This document shows, piece by piece, positions 16,665 to 27,747 of a stretch of DNA of 64,000 nt (position 1 is its first letter; the number at the start of each line of letters is the position of its first letter). Source of the stretch: a virus. The stretch is from the IMG/VR virus record IMGVR_UViG_3300013131_000021; one strand, given 5' to 3'. The position numbers and the translations under genes are program-made. The notes beneath the pieces were generated by a model. That model was not told the DNA's origin. It saw only the letters and a list, made by a program, of their open reading frames with translations, and did not search any database.

Positions 16665-17069
16665 ATGGGACGTCCATTAAGAAAAGATGTAAATGGTGTC
16701 GATGTCATCGGCACACCAGCCAGCAATACCGGAGTAAGAGTAGAAGCATTTTTTGGAGGCGCAGCTTACACTGATGCCACATTTAATCCAGCCACAAATT
16801 ACGCTTATATCTATAAGCAAAGAGGAGCTAAAACCTTTGTTGTGCAAAATCAGGCAGGTGCTAAATCCGAACCTCTCGTATTGCAATCTGTAATACCAGC
16901 GGCCAACGGACAGATGAGGTTAAATGGATTTATTGGAGGCAATGGATCGGCTCCAACACCTTTAGCAAAAATTACCAAGCGTGTAGCAATTGATTTCTCT
17001 GGTAATCGATACACATGGCAGCTAGTTAATGATTCAACTAGCGATTATATCGCCTTAACAGCTCTATAA
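16665..17069 (+). CDS. Virion structural protein (134 aa)
   Basis: Strong SD; first gene of the fibre module; beta-rich composition. Confidence 0.75.
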   Translation: MGRPLRKDVNGVDVIGTPASNTGVRVEAFFGGAAYTDATFNPATNYAYIYKQRGAKTFVVQNQAGAKSEPLVLQSVIPAANGQMRLNGFIGGNGSAPTPLAKITKRVAIDFSGNRYTWQLVNDSTSDYIALTAL

Positions 17070-17082
17070 TTAAGGAAAAGTG

Positions 17083-18159
17083 ATGGGACAGTTTCTCCGC
17101 GTCAACGGTGATTATAATATTAAAACAGCAGAAGGTGCTAAAATTACCTTTGATACTGGACCTGCTAGCAGTGGCGGGTCGGTGCGTATCACAGGAAATC
17201 TTGTAGTAGAAGGCGAAACAATTTCTGTTGAAGCAGCAAATTTAAATGTTGTAGATAATATTATTACATTGAACGATGGAGAAACTGGAGCAGGAGTAAC
17301 ATTAATTTATTCAGGTATAGAAATTGATAGAGGAACAAGTGCAGCCGTATCGTTTCTTTACAACGAAACAGACGACACTTGGTTATTTGGAAACAATTCT
17401 GCTCCCGGACCTTTTAATTTTGATGAAAGTAATATTAGAGTAAGACGGATTAAGACTAATGCTACCACGGACGATGGAGATCTTACTTTAATCGGTACAG
17501 GTACAGGTGTCGTAAAAGTTATAGGTACAGATACTTATGAAGATCAAGTCACGCACGACGATGATATTCCAAACAAGAAATATGTAGATGATTCTATCTT
17601 AAATAATCCAACTTTCCAGATTGTAGCTCCACAAAGTCAAGATACTAGAGTTACAATTGCTGATAAAGAAATCACTCCAAACGTAGCAGGTCAACAAGGA
17701 TCTTTGGCATTTTTTACTGCTGAAACAGGATTTAGTACCTACGGCGAAAGCGCCGTATCGGTTATTGTAGATAATAGTTTAATTGCTCAATTTTATCCTA
17801 ATAGATTAGAAGTAGGCGATTTAGAATTTGCAGGTGGTATAGATCGAAACGAAATAACCAGCAGAGCAGGTATAACTAACGAAAATATCATCATACGAAC
17901 CCAGGGTACTGGTAAATTACAGACTAATTATGCTTTACAATTAGAAAGAATCGGCACCAGCGGTGAAAGTCCTCCCCTAGCCGCACCATTTACACCCGTT
18001 ACTCCTGCCTATGTCAGTGGCAGTACATTGTTGTATGCTGCAAGTCCGGCAATTGGTCAAACTGGTTTATGGTTTGTGAATGACAGTACCGATGCAACAA
18101 AACGTACTGGAGAATTAATAAGTAAAAATAAAGCATTGGTGTTTGCGATGCTTTTTTAA
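17083..18159 (+). CDS. Tail-fibre-like structural protein
   Basis: Gly/Thr/Asn-rich beta repeats, DNIITLN..ETGAGV...SGIEIDRG, short C-terminal helix ALVFAMLF. Confidence 0.7.
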   Translation: MGQFLRVNGDYNIKTAEGAKITFDTGPASSGGSVRITGNLVVEGETISVEAANLNVVDNIITLNDGETGAGVTLIYSGIEIDRGTSAAVSFLYNETDDTWLFGNNSAPGPFNFDESNIRVRRIKTNATTDDGDLTLIGTGTGVVKVIGTDTYEDQVTHDDDIPNKKYVDDSILNNPTFQIVAPQSQDTRVTIADKEITPNVAGQQGSLAFFTAETGFSTYGESAVSVIVDNSLIAQFYPNRLEVGDLEFAGGIDRNEITSRAGITNENIIIRTQGTGKLQTNYALQLERIGTSGESPPLAAPFTPVTPAYVSGSTLLYAASPAIGQTGLWFVNDSTDATKRTGELISKNKALVFAMLF

Positions 18160-18168
18160 GAGGCAGAT

Positions 18169-18603
18169 ATGATAAGAAATTATGAAAATCCAGAAGGAAC
18201 AATATTTTTAATTGATTCTTCTTCAGTAACAATTCCTGTAAAAGTGTTTACAGGATCTACTAACGGTTCGCCGATAGGAACCTCATTACCGGTAGGACAT
18301 CCTGAAGGTCCAGGATCTTCAGTGTCTCGATCGCATGCAATAACAACTATAGCATTTTGTAATACAGCAGCACCAAACAGTTCTGACGAAACTATTAATT
18401 CAGTAAATGTAAATGTGTATCTAGTAAGACGAGGACAATCATATGTTGCTGGAAATTTAATAGTAAGCAATTTAACAGTACCTGCAGGCGAAACTGTATT
18501 CTTTTCTGAAGAAAGAGTTGTATTAGACGGAGGAGACGAAATTTGGGTAGGTACATCTTCATCAGCTAGACTTTCTGTTACTGTGAGCGCATTACCAGTA
18601 TGA
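18169..18603 (+). CDS. Small virion adaptor-like protein (family shared with 21463 and 35429)
   Basis: TIAFCN...VNVYLV...IVSNLTVPAGETV...VVLDGGDEIWV...VTVS pattern. Confidence 0.7.
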   Translation: MIRNYENPEGTIFLIDSSSVTIPVKVFTGSTNGSPIGTSLPVGHPEGPGSSVSRSHAITTIAFCNTAAPNSSDETINSVNVNVYLVRRGQSYVAGNLIVSNLTVPAGETVFFSEERVVLDGGDEIWVGTSSSARLSVTVSALPV

Positions 18604-19175
18604 AATTCCTAAAAACAAAAAATATTTCTAAATTTAGCATCAATGATCGTGCTCTAATTTATTATCCTGGAGGAAACGGACCAGGTAATAGAATAGTAAT
18701 GAATGCTAAAGGCGGATTAATGCTACCTAAAGGCAGCACTGCTGAAAGGCCGCAACTTACCAGCGTGAGACAGCCTACAGATGCCAACGGTACACTTAGA
18801 TATAATACATCTTTAAATATCTTAGAAGCGTATGTTGGTGGTTCTTGGGTTACTGTAGCTAGCTCATTAGCAGGCGCAATTACAAAACAAACCTTAGGAC
18901 CGGGCGATGGAGTAGAAACGGTGTTTGGACCGTTAAACGCAAGTTATGTTAGTTCTTATTCTGCTAGTGCAGATAATATAATCGTATTAGTGGAAAATGT
19001 AATGCAGATTTCCACAACTAACTATTCTGTTCAGCAGAGTGTTAGCGGTAGCTTAACAGGTCCCAATGCTCCTTATGCAGACGGTTGGTATGTAAAATTT
19101 ACATCAGCAGTTCCGGCCACAGGCGGAATGGGAAATCCAGTTTACGTAACTATCTATTACGGGTACGCTAATTAA
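18600..19175 (+). CDS. Virion structural protein
   Basis: LPKGSTAERP...LRYNT..LEAYVGGSW module shared with 19178 and 20406; GDGVETVF and IVLVENVMQ repeat typical of baseplate-wedge/fibre proteins. Confidence 0.7.
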   Translation: MKFLKTKNISKFSINDRALIYYPGGNGPGNRIVMNAKGGLMLPKGSTAERPQLTSVRQPTDANGTLRYNTSLNILEAYVGGSWVTVASSLAGAITKQTLGPGDGVETVFGPLNASYVSSYSASADNIIVLVENVMQISTTNYSVQQSVSGSLTGPNAPYADGWYVKFTSAVPATGGMGNPVYVTIYYGYAN

Positions 19176-19177
19176 TC

Positions 19178-20272
19178 ATGAGTCAAATAGGACGTATAGG
19201 CGGTCAGGTTTTAACAGACAACCTACTACGAGCAGGGGTAGATCTAGCCTTTGAAACAGATCTTTTATATCTAGATGTTACAAATAGACGAATAGGTATC
19301 AAAGATTCTACTCCCTCATACGAACTTGACGTAAATTCAAATATAAAAACCACTGATCTAACAGTTGACACACAGGTCGCAACAGGTAATCTAAGAATAA
19401 ACACAAATACAATCTCAACATTGGTGGGAGGTATTTCAGTTTTTATCGCAGGATCAGAACTATTCCATGATAGATTAACCACTGCAAGTTTAATTTTTGA
19501 TGATAATAAAATTAGTTCTATAAGTAATTCTAATATTATTTTTGACCCTAATGGATCAGGTACAGTAGATATTAAATCTAGCACTGACATAACTGGAGAC
19601 TTAGCAGTTTCTGGAAATATAAACATGGCTGGTGATTTAACAGGAATAGCGAATATCATAATTGGTGATCAAACTATAGATACAGTTACTGTAAACACCG
19701 ATTTTACACAAAGTATAATTCCTGGAGATGATCTAACATATGCATTAGGCGCGGACGCAGCAGATTCGAGCCCTAGAAGATGGGCTCAAATTTATGCACC
19801 AGATTGGAACAATATTATAAATGCTGCAGGATGGGCTGGAAGCGGAATAAATCCGTTATCAGTCACCGTCAGCGAACAACTAAAATTAGATGGTGTTATC
19901 AATAAAATATCTGGCCTTCAATCTAATGAGGATGTGATATTAAATCCCGACACAGGTATAACTTTCATAGAAAGAACTAAATGGGAAAACAATGACATTA
20001 CAAACCTTAATAATACTCCTATAACGTTGGCAAGTACCGGTATAGGTTATACCAGAGTCATAGGTACTGATGCCATGGTTATTCCCTCAGGCACAGATGC
20101 AGAAAGACGAGTATCCCCAGAATTAGGTGAAACTCGTTGGAACACAGATCAACAATATCTAGAATGTTTCGATGGTACCATATGGACAGTATCTATCGGT
20201 GGTGGTGGTGGTACTGTGACCGTTGCTGATATGGACGAATTAAGCAACATCTATACCCTCATGCTAGGTTAA
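19178..20272 (+). CDS. Tail-fibre-like structural protein (paralogue of 20406)
   Basis: N-terminus GRIGGQVLTDNLLRAGVDLAFETDLLYLDV nearly identical to that of the next gene. Confidence 0.8.
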   Translation: MSQIGRIGGQVLTDNLLRAGVDLAFETDLLYLDVTNRRIGIKDSTPSYELDVNSNIKTTDLTVDTQVATGNLRINTNTISTLVGGISVFIAGSELFHDRLTTASLIFDDNKISSISNSNIIFDPNGSGTVDIKSSTDITGDLAVSGNINMAGDLTGIANIIIGDQTIDTVTVNTDFTQSIIPGDDLTYALGADAADSSPRRWAQIYAPDWNNIINAAGWAGSGINPLSVTVSEQLKLDGVINKISGLQSNEDVILNPDTGITFIERTKWENNDITNLNNTPITLASTGIGYTRVIGTDAMVIPSGTDAERRVSPELGETRWNTDQQYLECFDGTIWTVSIGGGGGTVTVADMDELSNIYTLMLG

Positions 20273-20284
20273 TTTTCCATTCTG

Positions 20285-20400
20285 TATAAATACTACTAAT
20301 CGCAATTAATGACCATTTTTGCGAGATCCGACTGTGGTATACCGGCAAAGAGCGTTAGCTGAAAATCAGGTAATCCGTGCAACACGGTGTTAATTTGGAG
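20285..20400 (+). promoter_or_regulatory. Perfect T4 late promoter TATAAATA plus structured 5' leader
   Basis: TATAAATA 20285-20292; stems TCGCAA/TTGCGA, CTGA/TCAG, CCGTG/CACGG; GGAG SD. Confidence 0.7.
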
Positions 20401-20405
20401 AGCTA

Positions 20406-21458
20406 ATGGCTATTGGTCGTATTTCCGGTCAGCTCTTGAAGTCGAACTTGCTCCGTGCGGGCGAGAATCTGGCTTTCGAGACAGACCTTCTCTATTTGGA
20501 TGTTGTCAACTCTCGCATCGGGATCAAGACAGCAACTCCTACGAATACACTCCAAGTTAACGGTCATACAAGAACAACAAATCTCACTGTAGACAGTAAT
20601 TTAAATGTAGGAAATTTAAATTTCACAGGCAATACAATAACCAGTAATACTTCTACTATTGCTTTTGCAGCCTCTGCAGGAGAAGCAACTGTTTACCATG
20701 CTAGATTACAGATAGATGATTTACAATTACAAGGTAATATCATTTCTACTACTGTTTCTAACAGTTCAATAGAAATAGACCCCAACGGAACCGGCACTGT
20801 TAATATTATTGCAAATACTAATATTACAGGAAATTTAAATGTTTCTGGAAATATAAATGCCACAGGCAATGTAGTGATAGGCGGAAACATACAGATCGGC
20901 GATGCTCTTACAGACAATATAGTCATTAATGCTTCTATACGAAGCGATTTAGTTCCGCAAACCGACAACACATATGATTTAGGATCGGCTACATTTAGAT
21001 GGAGGGCAATCTATGCCTATGATCTTTATACCGATGCATTAAATGTACCGTTGTTGGATGTCGGAAATTTGATGTTTAGAGACAATGAAATTACCACAAC
21101 TACCGGCCAAGATTTATACATTGATGGCAACGGCGCAGGCGGTGTGAGATTAGGTAATTTTAGAATAGTAGATAATGTAATTACTAATGTAGCATCGAAT
21201 CAAATTACACAAATAGTTCAAAGCGGTACCGGATATTTTAAGATTGCTGGTACTAATGGATTCGTTCCGCCGCGCGGAACAAACGCTGAAAGACCTAGTG
21301 CTTATGCAGTATTGGGTATGACTAGATATAATACTAATTCAAAGGCTTTGGAAATTTGGGACGGAACTACATGGGCTAGTCCTGCAGGTGTGTCTGGATC
21401 AGTCAGTGCTGCACAGGCAGAAGATATCGCAATAGCATGGGCGTTAACACTAGGATAA
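20406..21458 (+). CDS. Tail-fibre-like structural protein (paralogue of 19178)
   Basis: MAIGRISGQLLKSNLLRAGENLAFETDLLYLDV; DPNGTGTV repeat; PRGTNAERP...RYNT...WDGTTW. Confidence 0.8.
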   Translation: MAIGRISGQLLKSNLLRAGENLAFETDLLYLDVVNSRIGIKTATPTNTLQVNGHTRTTNLTVDSNLNVGNLNFTGNTITSNTSTIAFAASAGEATVYHARLQIDDLQLQGNIISTTVSNSSIEIDPNGTGTVNIIANTNITGNLNVSGNINATGNVVIGGNIQIGDALTDNIVINASIRSDLVPQTDNTYDLGSATFRWRAIYAYDLYTDALNVPLLDVGNLMFRDNEITTTTGQDLYIDGNGAGGVRLGNFRIVDNVITNVASNQITQIVQSGTGYFKIAGTNGFVPPRGTNAERPSAYAVLGMTRYNTNSKALEIWDGTTWASPAGVSGSVSAAQAEDIAIAWALTLG

Positions 21459-21462
21459 GAAA

Positions 21463-21795
21463 ATGCCAACAGTATTCAAACATAGTTTAGTAACACAAAT
21501 AGGAACCAGTCCAGTGGATGTGGTAGAAATTGGCGCAGGAGTTAGAGCTACTGTAATAGGTTGTAACTTAGCTAATACAACACCATATGATACTGTAATA
21601 GCGGATGTTCAGGTTGTTGGAGAAGATACAACTACGAGTTATTATATCAAAGGACTTGCTATACCTCCTAATACATCTGTTAAGGTTATTACACAAGGTG
21701 AAAAGTTAATACTACCTCAAAATACTTTTTTAAGAGTTACAACAGATGTAGTAGATAGCATAGATGCCACAGTCAGTTATGTAGAGATTTCTTAA
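21463..21795 (+). CDS. Small virion adaptor-like protein
   Basis: TVIGCNLAN...YYIKGLAIPPNTS...KLIL...VSYVEIS; same pattern as 18169 and 35429. Confidence 0.7.
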   Translation: MPTVFKHSLVTQIGTSPVDVVEIGAGVRATVIGCNLANTTPYDTVIADVQVVGEDTTTSYYIKGLAIPPNTSVKVITQGEKLILPQNTFLRVTTDVVDSIDATVSYVEIS

Positions 21796-21805
21796 GGAGA
21801 ATAAG

Positions 21806-22171
21806 ATGACAAGTCCATATTATTTAGGTACAACGCCCATTGAAGGACTAGGCGATAGCCCACGTTATTGGTATGCTCTTAGAAGAAATCAAGATGGTGA
21901 ATTATTTTTTGTTAGAAGCGATCAGATTTTAGATAAAGATGCTTACGAATTAAACATTCCAGGACCTCCTGAAGAAGATTATACGGATTTTGAAGCAGGT
22001 GTTGATTTTTTTGATGGCATTGATGCGAATCATGAAAAACCCAAAGCTAATATGTTCTATACTCAATATAAGTGGGACGACAGGTCGTTGTTTTTTTATG
22101 TAGATAATGAAGGTATGTTTATAGTTCGTATCAATAACGGATATTCGTACCCCACAGGCATTTCATCATAA
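21806..22171 (+). CDS. Hypothetical virion-module protein (121 aa)
   Basis: AAGGAG SD; co-oriented within the structural operon. Confidence 0.75.
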   Translation: MTSPYYLGTTPIEGLGDSPRYWYALRRNQDGELFFVRSDQILDKDAYELNIPGPPEEDYTDFEAGVDFFDGIDANHEKPKANMFYTQYKWDDRSLFFYVDNEGMFIVRINNGYSYPTGISS

Positions 22172-22184
22172 TTAGGAAATTAGA

Positions 22185-25100
22185 ATGGCAGAGTTTAAAA
22201 TAACACGATTTAGATATACCTGGAGAGAAGCCTGGAGCGGTAGCTCTGTCACGTATTATAAAGATGATGTTGTGTTTTATCAAGGTTCAGCATATGTCTG
22301 TATAAGACAACATACTTCCAGTGTGTTCAATGATGCACAATTATATACTGCTCCTGGAGATACATTTGCCAGCCCGGGCTGGGTTAAGATGGCAGATGGT
22401 CGAAAATGGAACGGAGCCTGGACTGCTGCCACAAGATACGATTCGGGTGCCATAGTTTATGTTGGCGGTAATTTATATCTTTGTATAGATTCTCATGTTT
22501 CTGGTACTAATTTCCTTGAAAATGTTTTAGATTGGGACATATTAGCAGTTGGTTATAATTTTAGAAATACATGGGCACCTTCTACTAGATATAGAGTGGG
22601 AGATGTAGTCAGATACAACGGTTATACATATCAATGTGTATTAGAACACGACTCGTCAACGATAGCTAACGGAATTTCTGTTGGTAATAATGATGCGCAA
22701 GACGACAGCACTCTAGAAACATGGACCCCAGTAGTAGCCAATTATACCTATATAGGTACATGGCAATCTAATACTAGATATAGATTCAATGATCTAGTAA
22801 GATACGGCGGGTCTATTTTAAAATGTACGATAGAACACACGTCTGCACTGGCAATAACTAGCAGCAACTTTACAACGTATTTGGCGGGATTTAATTATTC
22901 AGACGAGTGGGATGACGGTACTTACTACGCTGTAGGTGATGTCGTACGCAAGGGTGGAATATTGTATGTTGCCACAGCCAACAGTCAAAACAGTGAACCG
23001 GGTATAAGTGTAATCTTACAAGAAGGCAACCCAGACTGGACAGCGATAAGCAAAGCGGTAAATTGGACCGGCATTTATAATCCCACAGCATTAATAGCAT
23101 ACAATGAAGGTGATTTAGTTAGAAGAGGCGGATCTTTATGGGTATCGTTGACTGACCAAATCAATGACGATAGTACTCTAATGCCGTTTGATACATCAAA
23201 TTGGCAACCAGTCATACCTGCTCAAAATTATAGAGGATCTTGGAATCCGTCCGCCACTTACAATTTATATGATATAGTTTATTGGAGAGGTGTAGCCTAT
23301 AGTGCTAACACTCCACATGCTAGTTCGTTTGAAAATTTTCCAGGGGACAACGGTTCAGGATTTAATTATTGGGATATCGTAGTCATCGGAGATGAAGATG
23401 CTGCACTAAGTCAATTAGGCGATTTATTAACTTATAACTTACAAAGAAATATCATATATGCAGGCGGCCAACAATATGTATTAGGAGATACCAGTACATT
23501 AGGACCAACAAACCTTCAAGTGGGGAACGAAGATGAAGTTCTAATTGTAAATAATTCTTCAGGAGATCTCGGCTACGCAGTGTGGGGAGAACAATCTCGA
23601 GCGTTCTATGTCAGAGTAGATGGAGTAGACGATGACACGGATCCAAATAGAGGTACAAACTATTTTAAACCTTATAAGACCGTGAAATTTGCTCTCGAAC
23701 AGGCAGATGATGGTTATTCTGGATATACTTCTGTAAAGGTAAGCACAGGTACATATGAAGAATTTCTTCCGTTGATAGTTCCAGTCAGGACTGCTGTGTT
23801 AGGCGATGAACTGCGGGGAGTAACAATTAAACCTAATCCTCCTATCGAGGCGCTAGCTCAAGATGCACAATATACTTTAGACACTTTGACTAGATTGGGA
23901 TTAATTTTAGGTGATGTCATACAAGGATCTTTAATTACTCCTACTGTAGGTAATACTATTACACAGAATACATCAGTTACTTCTACATCCAGTATAGCGA
24001 CAGATGCTGATCAAATATGGGCTGACATAATTACAGTTATTGATTATCTAGTGAACGACATTGGAAGTTATCCTACAGTCACAGGACACAATGTAGAAGC
24101 CGTTGACAGTGCAACTGTAAATGCAATTCACTGTTTGAATAATAATAGAAACTTTTTAAAAGAAGAAGCTATACAGTTCATGGTAGTCAATCATCCAAAC
24201 TATAGCTTTGATACAGTAAAGTGTCGAAGAGACATTGATAGATATATTGATTCGTTGATTTATGATCTTAGATTTCCAGGCAATTATAAATCTGTATTAG
24301 CAGGTAGATATTACGCAAACGCTGTAACTGGTTCTGCACACGAAGATATGTTTTATGTTAGAGACACGACTGGCGTCAGAAATATGACTCTTCGAGGACT
24401 TACTGGAACATTACCTGCACTACAAGAAGGAGAATCTTACAGTATTCCAACTGGAGGAGCTTTCGTCAGTTTAGATCCGGGATGGGGACCTGATGATGAG
24501 AAAGTGTGGATCACTTCTAGATCGTGCTATGTGCAAAACGTTACTACTTTTGGCACAGCAGCGATAGGACAAAAAATTGATGGAGCATTGCATAATGGCG
24601 GAAATCGATCCATAGTCTCTAATGATTTTACACAAGTTGTTTCAGACGGTATCGGCGCTTGGGTAGCCAATGGCGGTAGGGCAGAATTAGTTTCTGTGTT
24701 TACTTATTATGCACACATTGGAATGTTTGCTCAAGATGGTGGAGTTATCCGTGCTACTAACGGCAATAGTTCATACGGAGATTTTGGAACTGTCGCGGAC
24801 GGCATTGATCCAAATGAAGTAGTAAAATATGGATATTTGAACACTAGAACAGAACAGGCTCAAGTTGAATCGGCATTCGCAGGAGAAATTTTAGATTATA
24901 TTTTAGCATTAGAATTTTCTAATGCCGGACAAAATTACACAACTGCATCTTATTCAATTGAAAGTTCAGGCACAGGCGCAGTGGCCGTACAGGAAGAAAT
25001 CAGAGACAACGCCATGTTCGAAGTGCAGCTTTTAGATGCAGGAGCAGGATTTACCCAATACGGAAATCAGGCACAGATTGGCAACGAATTAACCATTACC

Positions 25101-27713
25101 TTAGCTACATCTGAAACTGTCGAAGAAGCTGAAATCTTAGGAATGAGAATCATCATAATCTCAGGTGAAGGTACAGGACAATACGGTTATGTACAGGCAT
25201 ACAGTGATCTTACAAAGGTATGTACAGTCTACCGTGAAAGCGATGGACAACCCGGATGGGATCATATATTACCAGGCACACCGGCTTCAGCTCTTTTGAC
25301 CACAGGTTCTAGATATCGTATTGAACCAAGGATCACATTTAACGAACCTCCATACTCAGCGACCGAAGTAACATTGGGTTCATCTAATTCTTGGGCTGCT
25401 GCTGTGTACGGAGAGACCAGCGAAACATTTACTGCGGTTACCGGAACCTTAGGAACAGGACCAGTGATTGATGTCATTCCTGCAGCGGCTGAATTTACTG
25501 TGATTAAAACAGGAAGAAGCTATAGTGTTGTAATATCTAATGGCGGTGCAGGCTATGCTGCCGACGATACCATCATCATAGACGGTGGCGATGTTGGTGG
25601 AATTTCTGGAGAACATGATATATTAATAACAGTGTTAACTACTTCAGAAGACAGCACTAATTCGATTTTGACTTTTGAAATCGCAGACAATTCTTTAATC
25701 GCAGACAGCGGCAAATTTATATTAACACCGTCCTCAGGACATTTTGGTAGATATTCTTCCGATGGGGATACTTGGACTTCGTTTGATCTACCTGTTGACG
25801 GAAATTGGAAATGTTTAGCAGCAGGAAATAACAGATTCGTAGCTGTTAGTTCTGGTTCGAATAATGCTGCCAGCAGCACCAATGGTATAGATTGGACTGC
25901 GAGGACCATGCCGAATTCAAGAAACTGGAATGGGGTTGTTTATGGTAAGCCTTCTACCGCAGCCACAGGGATTTTCGTAGCGGTATCAGGAAACTTAAAC
26001 TCAGCAGCATATTCTATCAACGGAACAACGTGGTTCGGAGCAACCATGCCAACTTTTGGAGATTCAACACTAAACGAATATGTAGATATAGCGTTTGGTT
26101 ACGATAAATTTGTTGCGTTAGCCAATTCAGGTAATTTAGCCGCAGTAGGTACATGGAACGGAACATCTCTGACATGGCAAGGAATCATAATGGATGTGGT
26201 GGCAGATTCCTCATCTAAGGATTGGACCAGCATAGCATACGGTAATAGAAGATTTGTAGCAGTATCATCCACTGGCGATATAGGATATAGTTTTGATGGA
26301 ATAGATTGGTATGCAGGCGGACAAATGCCCTCACAAGACGGATCAACCGCACATTTTTGGAAGCAGATCAGATACGGTCAAGGCGTATTTTTTGCCGTAG
26401 GCGATACTGGCATGCGAGTAGTCGGAGACGACGCCACTTCCGGTATCAATACTTTTGCCGCATCGTCATATGACGGAATTGTGTGGACATCGAGAACGTT
26501 GGTTTCAGAATTAGATTGGGGGGTTGTTGCATTCGGCAATCCAGATGTAACTATAGGAGATAGTACATTATCTAATAATCTACCTGTGTGGATAACTGCA
26601 CCGACCACATCAAGCAATAAACTAAACTACATTCAAATAGGTGCTAGAGCACTGGGTAGAGCAGTGGTAGAAGGAACCGGTTTAAGTCTGATAAAAATAT
26701 GGGAACCGGGCAGCAATTATACTTCAGATCCAACATTTACTGTTATAGATCCTAGTAAAACTGAAGAGCCAGTGTATAGAACAAGATTAGCTGACGGTGT
26801 GTTAGCGCAGCCTACATTCACTAGCAGAGGTACTGCTTATAAAACCAGTACAACGTATGTAACGGTGCAAGGAGATGGATTCGCAGATATAACACCTAAT
26901 GGTAGATTTATCACAATCGATGGGCTGACATTGATGCCTGGCCCTGGAGCTCAATTTTATATAGGCGGAAGAGAAGACTATTTTAATGCTGTAATAGTAG
27001 GAATCAACGAAACAGTAGACGAAAATGGGGGTATCAGATCGACATTCCAAGTAAGTCCTAGACCAGATTTAGCAGACAATTTAGAACACGGAATGGAAAT
27101 CGTTATTAGAGAATTATACAGCCAAGTTAGGATCACGGGTCATGATTTCTTAGACGTTGGTACTGGTAATTTTGAAGAAACAAATTATCCCGATTTATAT
27201 ATAGATTATGAATTTTCAACTCAACCTTTCCAAGAAGTTAATAACTTAAATGGTGGTCGTGTATTCTATACCTCGACAGATCAAGACGGTAATTTTAGAG
27301 CAGGCGAACAATTTGCTGTAGAACAAGCCACTGGAGTTATTACAATTAGTGCAGATTTTTTCGATCTAGAAGGATTGACAGAACTAAGATTAGCAGGTAT
27401 TAATGTTGGATCAACTGCGATTATTAGAGAATTTTCTAAGGATCCATTATTCTTACAAAATTCAAATAATGTCATACCAACACAACGAGCCATTAGAGGC
27501 TATTTACAATCTAGATTGAATATCGGAGGCGAGGATTTATTAACTCCTAGTTTCATCGCAGGAACTGTTAGAGTAGGACCAAATCTCATAAACAGTACCG
27601 CAGCCTTAACTGTGCTTATACCGATAATGGCAAATTTTGAAGGCAACGGAGTAGGAATAAGTGGAAGTATGTTAGCACAGACTATGTTCTTTAGAAGTTT
27701 TGGACAGGACTAA
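22185..27713 (+). CDS. Giant virion adhesin/fibre protein 1 (1842 aa)
   Basis: N-terminal W...Y..GDxVxYxG..Y.C...H repeats (CBM5/12-like), beta-helix-like centre, Asp-box/BNR-like S.DG.TW repeats; paralogue of 27748. Confidence 0.85.
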   Translation: MAEFKITRFRYTWREAWSGSSVTYYKDDVVFYQGSAYVCIRQHTSSVFNDAQLYTAPGDTFASPGWVKMADGRKWNGAWTAATRYDSGAIVYVGGNLYLCIDSHVSGTNFLENVLDWDILAVGYNFRNTWAPSTRYRVGDVVRYNGYTYQCVLEHDSSTIANGISVGNNDAQDDSTLETWTPVVANYTYIGTWQSNTRYRFNDLVRYGGSILKCTIEHTSALAITSSNFTTYLAGFNYSDEWDDGTYYAVGDVVRKGGILYVATANSQNSEPGISVILQEGNPDWTAISKAVNWTGIYNPTALIAYNEGDLVRRGGSLWVSLTDQINDDSTLMPFDTSNWQPVIPAQNYRGSWNPSATYNLYDIVYWRGVAYSANTPHASSFENFPGDNGSGFNYWDIVVIGDEDAALSQLGDLLTYNLQRNIIYAGGQQYVLGDTSTLGPTNLQVGNEDEVLIVNNSSGDLGYAVWGEQSRAFYVRVDGVDDDTDPNRGTNYFKPYKTVKFALEQADDGYSGYTSVKVSTGTYEEFLPLIVPVRTAVLGDELRGVTIKPNPPIEALAQDAQYTLDTLTRLGLILGDVIQGSLITPTVGNTITQNTSVTSTSSIATDADQIWADIITVIDYLVNDIGSYPTVTGHNVEAVDSATVNAIHCLNNNRNFLKEEAIQFMVVNHPNYSFDTVKCRRDIDRYIDSLIYDLRFPGNYKSVLAGRYYANAVTGSAHEDMFYVRDTTGVRNMTLRGLTGTLPALQEGESYSIPTGGAFVSLDPGWGPDDEKVWITSRSCYVQNVTTFGTAAIGQKIDGALHNGGNRSIVSNDFTQVVSDGIGAWVANGGRAELVSVFTYYAHIGMFAQDGGVIRATNGNSSYGDFGTVADGIDPNEVVKYGYLNTRTEQAQVESAFAGEILDYILALEFSNAGQNYTTASYSIESSGTGAVAVQEEIRDNAMFEVQLLDAGAGFTQYGNQAQIGNELTITLATSETVEEAEILGMRIIIISGEGTGQYGYVQAYSDLTKVCTVYRESDGQPGWDHILPGTPASALLTTGSRYRIEPRITFNEPPYSATEVTLGSSNSWAAAVYGETSETFTAVTGTLGTGPVIDVIPAAAEFTVIKTGRSYSVVISNGGAGYAADDTIIIDGGDVGGISGEHDILITVLTTSEDSTNSILTFEIADNSLIADSGKFILTPSSGHFGRYSSDGDTWTSFDLPVDGNWKCLAAGNNRFVAVSSGSNNAASSTNGIDWTARTMPNSRNWNGVVYGKPSTAATGIFVAVSGNLNSAAYSINGTTWFGATMPTFGDSTLNEYVDIAFGYDKFVALANSGNLAAVGTWNGTSLTWQGIIMDVVADSSSKDWTSIAYGNRRFVAVSSTGDIGYSFDGIDWYAGGQMPSQDGSTAHFWKQIRYGQGVFFAVGDTGMRVVGDDATSGINTFAASSYDGIVWTSRTLVSELDWGVVAFGNPDVTIGDSTLSNNLPVWITAPTTSSNKLNYIQIGARALGRAVVEGTGLSLIKIWEPGSNYTSDPTFTVIDPSKTEEPVYRTRLADGVLAQPTFTSRGTAYKTSTTYVTVQGDGFADITPNGRFITIDGLTLMPGPGAQFYIGGREDYFNAVIVGINETVDENGGIRSTFQVSPRPDLADNLEHGMEIVIRELYSQVRITGHDFLDVGTGNFEETNYPDLYIDYEFSTQPFQEVNNLNGGRVFYTSTDQDGNFRAGEQFAVEQATGVITISADFFDLEGLTELRLAGINVGSTAIIREFSKDPLFLQNSNNVIPTQRAIRGYLQSRLNIGGEDLLTPSFIAGTVRVGPNLINSTAALTVLIPIMANFEGNGVGISGSMLAQTMFFRSFGQD

Positions 27714-27747
27714 TAATTTTGGTAAATATTAATATTCGGAGTTTAAG

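Noticed and set aside
20341-20375. c-di-GMP-I riboswitch suggested by GGCAAA and GAAA
   Set aside because: The required P1/P2 arrangement and GGGACGCAAAGCC-like core are absent.
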